Assembly: GCA_021613535.1 (NCBI GenBank) | Contig: CP075497.1 | Span: 7,564,001 to 7,628,000 of the forward strand | Source of the DNA: Adineta vaga | Lineage: Eukaryota; Animalia; Rotifera | DNA: 64,000 nucleotides | Direction: 5' to 3' | Shown: piece by piece, positions 37,762 through 50,212 of the stretch | How positions within the stretch are numbered: position 1 is the first letter of the stretch | Layout of the letters: every line of letters begins with the position of its first letter | Made by a program: the position numbers and the translations under genes | Notes under the pieces: model-generated | Seen by the model: the letters and a program-made list of their open reading frames with translations, nothing else | Told to the model about the DNA's origin: nothing | Databases searched by the model: none

Positions 37762-37774
37762 GATGCTTGGCAAC
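37762..37774. promoter_or_regulatory. X-box (RFX)-like motif upstream of SPATA48-like gene
   Basis: GATGCTTGGCAAC, 58 bp upstream of ATG 37704, plus a second half-site GTTGCCAT at 37743. Confidence 0.4.
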
Positions 37775-37938
37775 ACTTCTATTTTTCTTTTGTAATACCA
37801 TTTTCAGAAGTTTCACTGTCGCTAATCAAAATATGCAATGGAGAGACATCTGTAGAACATATACTGCGTGTTTCTTTCATTCATTTAATATAAACACTAA
37901 TGAACATATGTACTATACTAGATGTGAAATGAAATGAA

Positions 37939-40900
37939 ATGAGTTCAGAGAGTTTTGTTACTGCTGTATCTAATTTTACCGATGTAGATCGTATTGGATC
38001 AATTACGGGTACAAAAGGTCGATTCAGAGTTATTCATATCGACGATATTGACGAAAGTATCGATGAGTTGAATCGAAAAAGAAAGACATTTTTCAATAGC
38101 TGTAATTTTAGGAACGCCAACTGCTGAAATAAATGCGCTTGATCATCAAGATTTATATTCAAATTCTGTCCAACAACAATCAATCATACCTTCTGTTCAG
38201 ATGACAAAATTTGATGAAGATGAAAATAATACTGAAACGCAATTAGTCATTGAAAAAGAAGTCGGTTTTTTAAAGAATTTATATGACTATCAAGGTGGAA
38301 CATTTATGTCTAATATTGATATTCTATCTAAGTCACCAACAACATCATCAGATGCTCAATTAAATACTCTATTTGGTGTATATCTTCCATGTGTACAGAA
38401 TATTATTGGAGTGATTGTTTTCATTCGATTGTATTGGGTTATTGGTGTTAGTGGAATTCTTGAAGGAATGTTTATTATTGGACTTTGTTGTTTATGTACT
38501 TTCCTCACTGCAATTTCATTAGCTGCAAGTAATTAAAATTGACTGAAGAAAGATTTTTAAACTTTATTTCTATCTATTTCCAGTTGCAACGAATGGTATT
38601 GTTCCTGCAGGTGGTTCTTATTTTCTCATATCGAGATCATTGGGACCAGCTGTGGGTGGTGCAGTAGGATTTTTATTTTATATTGGTAATGCTTTAGCAG
38701 GTGGTTTATATGTCTTGGGTGCAAGTGAAATACTTCTGAAATATACATGTCCTCATAAGTATAGTATGATGAAATGTTTACTTGAATGATTGCATTCGAT
38801 TTTCTTCAGATGCCATTTATTTGGGCCACCGATTGAAAATCAACAAAGTGCCTTTAATCATTATCGTTTATATGGAACAGTTCTTCTCTGTATTCTTGGT
38901 ATTATTGTTTTTCTTGGTATAAAAATCGTTTCACGTATTGGTAGGTGAATATTATTATTGATATCGAATAAGAATTGATTTTTCTCTAGCTCCATTTACA
39001 TTACTCATAGTTTTTCTTTCAATTTTATCTATACTCATTGGCATTATGAAAAGTACTATATCACCAATCTATTTACCAATTTGTATTATTGAAAAAGACC
39101 ATATCAGACATTTGTTAAAATCATCCCTTTTGAGAAATAATGTCATGCGTTATTGTCATTCAAATGTTACATGTGATGGAGATATTTGTCCACTTCAACA
39201 CGTTTTTTGTGTGAAAAATATGAGTGCAACTATCGATTGTAATGATTTGAAGAATGTCTATTTAATGAATGGAATACCTGGTTTGAAAGATTCTCAATTC
39301 AGTCATAATTTTAAGTCGATGTATATGAAAGAAGAAGAAGTACAATATAATATTCACGGTTAGTAGATGATGATGTTTTTCTACCTAGAAATCAATGTTT
39401 TGATTTAGGTGATTCAGAAATTGAAGTTGTTAGTAAAGCAACAACATCATTTTTTATACTAGGCAAGTAAATTGTGAGCTCAAATGATAGATGAAATTGT
39501 TTCTTTTTCTCTAGTTGGAATTTTCTTTCCTAGTGTGACAGGTATCATGGCTGGATCGAATAGAAGTGGTGATTTAAAAGATCCTGGTCAATCAATTCCA
39601 CGAGGAACAATCTGTAATCTTAAATTTCAATACATCATATCTTCTGATAAATTAAATATTCTAGTGGCTGTAATAACAACATCAATAATCTATATTCTAA
39701 TTGCATTTCTTCTTGCTTGTTCAATACAAGGTATACTTTTACGTGATCGCGATGGTCTCAGTATTAATCAACAACTTGTTGAAGCAGTGATTGCTTGGCC
39801 ATCTCCATATGTTATCATTGTTGGTGCGTTGTCTGCTTGTTTTGGTGCTGGATTACAATGGTATGTAAATGAAAATTGTTTTCTTGTGAAAAAGATAATT
39901 GATTTCATTTCTTCAAAATTCAGTTTAATCGGTGCTCCACGTTTATTACAATCCGTTGCTAAAGATGATATTATGCCAATATTAAAACCATTTCAGTCTA
40001 CATTTCGAAATGAACCATTCAAAGCTTTATTATTTACATTAACTCTCTCGGAAATCAGTGTTCTTGTTGCTAATTTCGATATGGTAACAAGTATGTTCAA
40101 CTATGTGTGAAAAATAACATTTTCCGTATTGTTCTTTCAGCAATTGTTTCGGAATTCTTTCTCATGTGTTATTTATCGGTTAATTTTGTCTGTTTTCTTC
40201 AAACTCTTTTACGTAAATTCTTATCTTTATCATAAAAGAAACGAAATTTTTCCATTAATTTTTTTTTAGATGAACCATCATGGCGACCACGTTTTCGTTT
40301 TTATCATTGGTTATTATCACTACTCGGTGTTGTTGTCTGTTTTGCTCTTATGTTTATATCCTCATGGTTCATTGCATTGATAACTTTAGTGGTGGGTACA
40401 ATAGTTTATCTTTATATATGGTACTCAGGTACGAATAAAGAATGGGGAGAAGGTTTAAAAGGTTTACCAATATCGATAGCACATGTTGCTTTATCCCGTT
40501 TGAATGATCGACCAATGCATACGAAAAATTTTCGACCACAAATATTAGCTTTTATAAAATGTGTCTATAATGAAAATCAACATCGATGGATAATTGAACA
40601 TGATAAAGTACTCGATCTATTAAGCCAATTAAAGGCTGGAAAAGGTTTAGTAATTCTAGCAACGGTGATGGAAGGTTTGATAGGATTCGATTTAGAGTGA
40701 AAAAGCATGACGAATATGAATTTCATTCAGGTAAATATGAAGAAAAACGAATTGTTGCAGAACAATTACGTGAATATTTGAAAGAACAAATGTTTAAACA
40801 TAAAATTCTGAATGGTTTTGTTGATGTACTTGTTACTGATAATGTTTATGATGGAATTAATTCATTAATGCAAACAAGTGGCGTTGGTGGATTTCGTCCA

Positions 40901-41904
40901 AATACGGTAAAAACTAGATAATCAAAGAGATTTTGTTTTATCTTTACTCTTTTTTTCTTTTGTCTTCAGGTCATGTTTGGTAAGTAGCAACTCTCTCTAT
41001 ATATAACTGTTTTGATCTAAACAATCGACTTAGATTGGCCAACGTCATGGCAAAAATATGAAATCGATAATCATATTGATGATACAATTATCTCCTATCT
41101 TAATTCTATTCGGCTTGCAGAGAATAAAAATTTTGCTATATTACTTTTGAAAAATATCGATTTTTATCCTAGTTTACTAGATATTCAATATGGTTATATT
41201 GACATTTGGTGGATCATACATGATGGTGGTTTACTGTTTTTATTAGCATTTCTCTTACAGCAACATCCTGTTTGGAATAAATGTATCTTACGTTTATTTA
41301 CAATTTGCTTACCAAATCAAGAACCCGAAATACGACAACATGAATTAGAAGAATATGTCTATCATTTACGTATCCAAGCTGAAGTACATACTGTAACTGT
41401 TGCTGATCAAGAAATATCTGCGTTTACAAAATATCGAACAATGACAGTTGTTAATTCCAAACAATTCAATCCATTTGATGTAACTGAACAACAAATGCAT
41501 ACTGAACGAGAAAATCATTTACAACAAATCTTTCAAAATTATCCAGCAAGTAAATTTTCCGTCTCATAGAACGACTATTCATCTTACTTTCAGATGGAGA
41601 TCATATTCATTATACATTTACACCTTCTGCGGAACAATCAATAAAAGGAAAACGTTTAGCATATACACTTGTAGAAGATTTACAAGTACGAAAGAAAATG
41701 CATTCAGCTGCACGATTAAATCAAACGATTCTCGAGCGATCACGTGATGCGCAATTAGTTCTTATCAATTTACCAAAAGTTCCACGAACAAATGCGAATG
41801 CCGATTATGCTTATATTAAATTTGTTGATCAATTATGTGCAGGCATCTATCGATGTATTCTTGTTAAAGGTGGTGGTAGAGAAGTCATTACCATATTCTC
41901 ATAG
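37939..41904 (+). CDS. K-Cl cotransporter (SLC12A4-7 / KCC family)
   Basis: [105 protein letters not shown]. Confidence 0.96.
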
Positions 41905-42384
41905 AAAGATATTAAATAACAAAATCTTCAAAGAAAAGACAGTCTCATATATTACAATGACATTGAATAGATTGATTTTGAATTGTGTTTGTAGTTATGG
42001 GAGTTTTGTTGTTAGACCTTCAAATTTAGTCATGGGAAAGTGTTGGTTAATCTAATATTATTTATAAATATTCCCTGAAGAAGTAAATACATACCTTCGA
42101 GAAGACAGTCGTATACTTTTCCAATGCAATAATTACAACTTTCAAAAGATTAGACCCAAATCTCTCGAGATTCTCGTCCTTCATACGTCTTACTATGTAC
42201 AAGAGATATTTTTCATTTGATACAAAAAGAAAAAATGCTATTCATTTATATAATTATTATTTTCGAAAACAATCCCTATACAAATAAAGCAATATAAAGA
42301 CACAAAGAATAGAAACAACGACTAGGAAAAACACACACACACATACAGACATTCAACATATATATATATATATATATGTATCTA

Positions 42385-45300
42385 TTATACAATGCTCGCT
42401 TTTGTCTGATAATTAGATGTGACATTATACCATCCACTATTACTAGTATTTGTGGGTGATAATGTTTGAGTTCTTTCATCATTTCTTATCGTTGAATTTG
42501 TAAGCATTTGATCAAGTAAAAGAATACCATTGAGTAAAGGTGGTGGTTGAGGATATTTTGTTGAATTTTCTTTTGTTGAAGAATTGAGTACAGTTTGTAA
42601 TGTTGGAAAACCATTTTGATAGTTGGAAGTTTTATTTACTGCTAATGATGAAAGATCACGTTTTGTTGGTTTTGGTAATGTACTAAATGTTGATGGCGTT
42701 GTTTCTTGATAATAGGGTGAATGATATTGAAAAACATCATCAAATAAATGATGTCCTGGATTGATTAAAGTTGGTTCAAAACTAACATTTTTCATTTGTG
42801 GACGACGAGTTGCTTTTCGTGTCAAGGTTGTTAATGCAGATACAGTTGATGATGGAGGATTTTGTTGTGAAGTATTCAAATCTGTTGATGATGATGAAAT
42901 CGCATTGAATGGACAGGATAATAATGATGACGAAAAATCAACATCAGTTGTTGATGAACTATTTCCAGAAGGAATTTGTGAATGCTAAAAAAAAGAATCA
43001 AATGATTTGATGTTCAATTCAATAGATGATTATTCATTTCCACATGTGTACTCATCTGCTTAGTTAAGCAATGCAAAAACAAAACAATCATTACTCGACC
43101 TTTCTTTCCTATCTACAGATGTTCAATCTTTGACATACTTTTCTTTGTTTAACAATAACAGCATAATCATGATTCGTTGATAAGATATTTAATTTAGTTT
43201 GTGGACTACTTTCTTTTGATTTATCTTCATCATTGACAATTAATCGACTACCATATAAATGTTTCTTAACATTTTGATTATATTGTAAACGCATCCAAAG
43301 ATAATATATAAGTAAGAAGATTGTTGAGCCAGTTGCAACAAATGATAGAACAATAATAATTAATAAAGAAAAACGTGAAAATGTTTGACGCATATTTGAT
43401 AAAATACTCGGTGAAAATGGATTACGATTATAAATAACAATATGAAACGTTTTTTTTGTTAATAACTCAAGATTTTTCGCTACTATTTCAATATCATAAG
43501 TTCCAGGTAGTATCGAAGAATTGTATAACCATAAAGAATTATTTGATCCAATATAAAACAATTCATTATTTGAAATGGACAATTGAATAATAGAATTATT
43601 TCCAATATCATTATCACGAACAACAATATCAGTTAGAAATTGAGCTAATGGATTGTTTGGATCTGTACGTTGAGAATGATCAACTGAGAGAAAATGAGGA
43701 ATTTCATCTGAATCAGGCCAAATAAATACGGGATAATTATCATTGATATCTCTAGAAAACAAAAAGCAAATAAGAAAACAAATATTTAAAAACGAATCTT
43801 ACTGAATTTTGATCATCACTAATGTTGATCCCATTAAACCAGCTGTTGGATTATCTGTTGCCATCACAGTTAGATTATATTCATCTCGACTTTCTCGATC
43901 AAATATAGCATCAGTCCATAGATTTCCATGTTCATCAATAGTAAATAAATGTTCAGTATCATTTAATGAATAGATCACATGATCACCAAAATCCGGATCA
44001 TTCGCTTTGACTTGTCCCACGAATGTTGAACTTCTATTTGTCGAATTTTCATCGATAAAAAAATGATAAGTTTTCTTTTCAAATTCAGGTGAATATTCAT
44101 TGAGATTAAGTATATTCACTACGACTGAAGCAAACGAATCTAATGATGGTTGACCAGAATCATATGCTCGAACTCGAAATTGATATTGTCGATTAAGTTC
44201 ATAATCAAATGTTGTATTTGTTGAAATAAGTCCATCAATTGATGAAATAAAGAAGTATGGTGATGGAGATTCGATTGCATAGTTTATTTGTCCATTTAAA
44301 CCTTGATCTTCATCATAAGCAGTAACTTGACCAATCACATTTGAAACTTGATTATTTTCAGTAATATCAAATGTATAATTCGTTTGAAATATTGGTTTTT
44401 GATCATTGACATCTGTTATATTTAGATCGAATGTCATCGAACGACGTAAACTTGGTTGACCGAAATCACGAGCATGTAATTCAATTTGATAACTAGATGA
44501 AGTTTCACGATCGAAACGATGTAAAGATTTAACTGAATAATAATTTGGACGAATTATTTCCAGATAGAATAAACGATTAGGTTCTATTGTTAACTGTGCC
44601 TAGAAGAAAATTAATGAGTTATTCTTATGAACAGAATTTACGTAATCAAGGTTAGAAGAGTTAGAGAAAAAAAGAATGATAAATGAATGAACAACTGTTT
44701 TGATGATTAGATATGTGTATTCTATTGATAATTTTATGACTAAATCAAAAACATTTATCACGTAATATCAGAGATATAAAATTGTTTTTCAAGGTCTATC
44801 AAAGTTGAGAATAACATCAATGTCATATGATAGAATGGAATTTCGGTTTCCACCCATATGTTTCTAACAGAAAATAGCTCATAAGACGAGATGATAGAAG
44901 TGTCGACTTAGATCATTTAACACATCATCTATGCATTTTGGAACGATAATCATAAAATAATCAATGGTTTTTATACTTAATAACAACATTAGTACTTTCA
45001 TTCCTATTCACGATTGCTTTCTTACCTTTCCATAATCTGCCGAATCTTGATCGTGTACATTTACAAAAGCTAAAGGTAAACTAATATCGAATGTTTCCGG
45101 TACATAAGCCATATTTCCATCGTGATTATGTTCTAATGTTGGATTAAATTTCATTTGTATTGAAGGTGCATGATCATTTTGATCAAGAACATAAACATTG
45201 ATAATACATGTATCACTTAATGAATTTAGTCCCTTATCATGAACTTCAACTTTAAGTTGATAGGATGTATGATATTCATAATCAAGTGAATGAGTTAATG

Positions 45301-46260
45301 TTAATATTCCCGTCATTTTATCCAAAACAAAAAGACCATTATGATCATTTTCAAGTGTATAAATTAATTCAGCATTTGAACCTATATCTGCATCAATAGC
45401 ACGAATTTTAAGTAAATATTCTGGTAAAGTATTTTCAGCAACAGTAAGATTATAAATTGAGGATTCAAATTTCGGTCGTGAATCATTAATATCACTAGAA
45501 ACAAAATAAAGAAGAAGAAGAATAAATGATCATTTCAATAATATTGAATTTACTTTATTTCAATTGTTAATATTTGTGTTCCAATATTGGGTGGATAACC
45601 TCGATCAATTGCCATTAATTTAAAAATATATTTTTCAATTTTTTCTCGATCTAATTTTTCATTCACAATCAATTCTAATTCACGACTTTGATTATCATAA
45701 GCAATTGAAAATTGATGTTGTTCATGATTTTCATATGTAACTAAACGATAATGATCAATTCCATATGGTGGAGAATCTAAATCAACGGCTATTTCAAGTG
45801 GAATACGATGTCCAATTGGAACATTTTCTGCCATTGATATTGTTGATTCTAATTGAGAAAACTTTGGGATTATATCATTGATATCATGACAAGATATTGG
45901 TTGAGATAGAATGTAATTAAAAGGTGGTTGATTAAGATTAACTGTTAATGTCAAGGTAAAATTACATTCCAGAACATTACCACCAATACATAAACGCTTT
46001 CGAACATAATCTTCACGATCTAAACGTGATTTTAATCGAATACGTCCATTGATATATTCAAATGGTTGACTTGGTTGACTATGAAGTAGAACTGCTTGAT
46101 CAGGATGTACACCTAATGTTTGAAATGTTGGCCGAAGGTCGACAACAATAGTTGAAATAGGGCTTTCTTCAAAGATAGACACAGGTGTTAAAATTTGTGA
46201 AACAATTGAAGAAGAATATGGAAGTAGAAAAGTCATTGATATGAATAAGCTCAAATGCAT
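42385..46260 (-). CDS. Protocadherin with 7 cadherin repeats (delta1-like architecture), TM and Ser/Thr-rich cytoplasmic tail
   Basis: Signal MHLSLFISMTFLLP. Linkers DINDIIP, DINDSRP, DQNDHAP, DVNDQKP, NLNEYSP, DINDNYP. LDRE/FDYE motifs. TM LLIIIVLSFVATGSTIFLLIYYLW. Confidence 0.9.
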
Positions 46261-49200
46261 TTTGATTGTGGAAATGAATGTACAGATATACATTGATCTA
46301 GAAAGAAAGAAAGAGAAAAAAAAAGGTAGACAAGCTATTACTATTTATAGTCTGAGTGTTCATTTGGATTTAGAAGCTTTTCTCTATTACTTATTCATGT
46401 TAGGAAACAAATCTCTAAAGAATTTTGATTTTTTCTTCTTCTTCTCTTTCAGAAATATGTCCAGCTGTATGACGATGGACGACGAGATTTCTTTCTTTTT
46501 TCCTCAATTGTTCTATTTGAACATCATTGTCACGCAATTATACGATCTCGTCCGTTCGTTCAAACTCTCATCTCTAAGTGATTTGGTCAATTGTATTTAC
46601 ACGCTCATCACACATGTGCACAAGGGACAACGATTTTATGCAATAAAAACGGAAATAGCCTATCCATTCGAAACTTGACACGAGAGAAGAAGACGAGTCA
46701 TTTCTATTGTTCTGTTTTGTTTTGATTATTATCTACATACAAAATGAATGAGTTGTTTTATTTTAACTAAGATCTGTTTATCTCTCTATTCTTTCATCAT
46801 CATCGTCTCCTCTTCTATTCTCTGAATATGAAGCCATATGTAATGAATTCTATTTACTCTACTATAGACAATAATTATCTCTTTGAATCATATCTCTATT
46901 AGAGATTTATTGATACATACGTGAGGTGTTCTAGTCGTTCTTTCAACTGGTGTAATGATTATTGATATATGGGAGTGATCACAGATGGACATGCGTTTAC
47001 AAGTAGTCAAAATAAACGAACAACGATTAAGCTCTAATTGATAGGATGTCATCAAGCTACATATATATATATATATACATAATCATCCTAGTGAACATGA
47101 GAACTCTTACAATATTGTAGCGTTGCATGTCTGGAGAGGGGGGAAGGACTTTCAAGTAAATTTTACTTCCGAGATTAAGATGAAATTGACACATGCAACG
47201 TAACATATGGAAGGCTAATGATGCATATATACGAAAGCTATTATATTTTACCTAGACGACAAAAAGGATTTATGGGTTAGAAAAGAAATATGAGATAAAA
47301 ATTCATTCGAAAGAAAGGTGTAAAAGAAATAATAATAATCATAATAACAAAAGAACAAGAATGAACGAGAGGAAAGAGAGAAGATAGTTAATCAATCCGA
47401 CCATGAAAGAAAAAAATGCTGGTCAACTTTGCGTGTGGTTTCTAATCATAATAATTTGAAGAAAAAAAAAAGGTGAACGTCATCCATAGAGAATCGATCG
47501 AACTAAAGATTAATCTTACGTAAGTTGAATATAAACCACCATGGATTTAACAAGAAAGAAAAATCAGACTTAATATGTAACATAAGAGAAAGGAAAAATG
47601 AGGACAAGATGAAACAACAGCAGCATCTTTTTCTCATCACTAAATATCTACCTTCTTTTGTTCTGGTCAAATTGATTCGTTAATCGATATGTTAAACAAA
47701 TGTAGAAAAGAAACTAATCAAATCTTCTGAACATAGTGTCAATCTCATATATATTATGAGAAAGAAGAAGAAGACGAAGAAGAGAGAAGAGAGAAAAGAG
47801 AAGAAGAAAATGATGACGCTATAACAGACTTTATCCAGCAAAGCAAAGTTCAATCATACATGTTTGTACGACCTTCAGAGATGGCAAAAAGGAACACAAG
47901 CGTGCTCTCATCATCGTCCATCATTGAGACATGTTCAAAAACGGAAACACATCCTGTTATAGTTACATATCCACATCTAAAGATTTGTGAAATAGGCGAA
48001 ATACATATCGAGAAATTGAAAAAATAATCTCCATACTATTTTTCTCTTCAATTGTTTTGATTTATTTCAATTCATTAATAATGATTGACTAAAGTAGCTG
48101 GTGCTTGGATAAAAATAATCGTATATTGCATCACGGACCTCCTAATGTGTTAGTAAATGTCAATTGTGCGTTAAAAACGCACTATGTATGAACATAAGAA
48201 GTCATCATAGTATGCATGCCTGCGCGCGCACGCGCCTGTCAATATTTTATCCTTATGATATGTACGCATGTGGTGTTTCTCGTGCAGTATAATCTTATAA
48301 TGATTATTGTTTTATACCTGAACAAAAAAGTTAGCAACTGAATGGTCAACGAATATCTAATAAAGTTTAAATGTATATGGATACTTTGTCTTTCTCAATC
48401 ACTTTCTTTTTTCTAACAATAAAATCGATTTCATTGTCGATAGCCCTGCGGTGATTATAAACACATATCATATTGCTAGTTGAACCGATTGAGAAAACAA
48501 TATGAAATTTACTTCTCGATGTCTGTTTTGTTCTATACACACAAAAAGAAAACTAATATGAGTTATTTCCGTTTTTTATTTGTTCATATGAACAGATGTA
48601 TTAACCTAGTTGTTCATGATCAAGGTCGGTTACTTTCAAAAACTAACAATAGTGACAAAAAAGTGGACACCGATATTGTTTCAGTTTCAGGTCAAAGATC
48701 AAACGTCTGTTATCCTTTTTTCTTTTTTTGTTTCGGCAAAGAGAAAAGCAAGAGTGACTGTCAATTGGCATGTGTGTGTGCGTGTGTATCGGTAGGCAGC
48801 TGACTACTGTATAATATGTAATCAAAAATGGACATATTTCCTTCAAGGATGAACGGTCTATTGCTGTTGATGCGACTCGTGGGAGTGCACCTGCTTGTTA
48901 AAAATAAAATAGGAACATCAATCTGTATTTTGATGTCATCAAAATCAATTTTCATACATGTTAATCTATTCAATGTAGTGTCCAATCGTATCGATCTATC
49001 AATAGGTGTGATTGTTAAAAAAAAATAATCGATTGAACTGTGATTTTTATTGTCAATGTTCACATTGGAAAATCAAAAGAAGAGAATATAAAACATATGT
49101 TTCATTGCGAGTATATCATACTGCTGAAGTTGTGATCATGGTAATAAACGAAGAAATATGATATTAGAAATAATAAATATCAAGATAGAATAACACAATT

Positions 49201-50212
49201 GTATCTGATGATAGTTTTTCTTTTATCAAGGCTTTGTATGTGACAGTTCTAGTTCAATCGATATTCGCAAATAGTAAATCTACCAACTTTCACAAGGTTG
49301 ATATGAATTTTGATATCATTCATTATGTTCTCATTTGATAAGATATACAAACTTTTATTATCCGTTTTTACACTTCGAAAATATCCTTAAACAATCGAAT
49401 ACTGCACAATGATCGTCAAAATACGAACTTCAAAGAATGATATGGCTTTGCATTTCGCAACTCATAATGTTTTCAAATAGAGTACTCACCTATTTATAGT
49501 CGATTAAATTTGTCAAATGTTTTTTCACTCTAACTACACATATCATTTTAAACAAGAAATATAAAGTTACAAACCTGGAGAGAACTATCCACGCGTTAAT
49601 GGCTATAACATTCTATAAAAGCTTTGCACTTACTTCGTTTTCTTGTTCTTTCTTACTGTAATTATTCACGACTTAAATCAAGCTTTTCTGTAGTACCTAT
49701 TTGACTTGAGGAAATGAAGAAAAATCGATTATGTTTTTCTCGACAAAGACTAAAAACATAAAATGATTAAATTAAGGAAATCTCACTTAGTTGATGTGAA
49801 TGTTCATAAAAAAATATACTTTTTTTTGCGTCAAAGAAAGAAACAAATATTATAACAATTCTTCTAAACATACAGGAATATTTCTTCAAATTCAGATAGT
49901 GTATTCTTCTTAAGTTTAAGTTTTATTCTCTTTGTCCACTTGACATAAGACAGAAAAAAATGTTTAATAGACAACAACACCAAACAAAAAGAAATGACAG
50001 ACAGGAAAGAAATATAGAGATTTTCGAGTGAACAGAATGAAGAAATCAAAATGTTGATCCATGCATATATGTATATACGTTCTATATATATATATATATA
50101 TCAAAAAGAAAAAGGAGCAGCGATACAATAGAGATCAATGAGAGAAAAATAAAAGGAAATCAATTTGTACAATGATGACAAACAGACAGAAAACGAGTAT
50201 AGATCAAATTGA

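Noticed and set aside
43095-43112. Possible 18-nt in-frame microexon (IGKKGR) in a protocadherin cytoplasmic intron
   Set aside because: The upstream intron would be only 26 nt.
46241-49063. Several 60-145 aa ORFs in the protocadherin upstream region
   Set aside because: Low-complexity Phe/Lys-rich translations typical of AT-rich non-coding DNA; no motifs or consistent splice structure.
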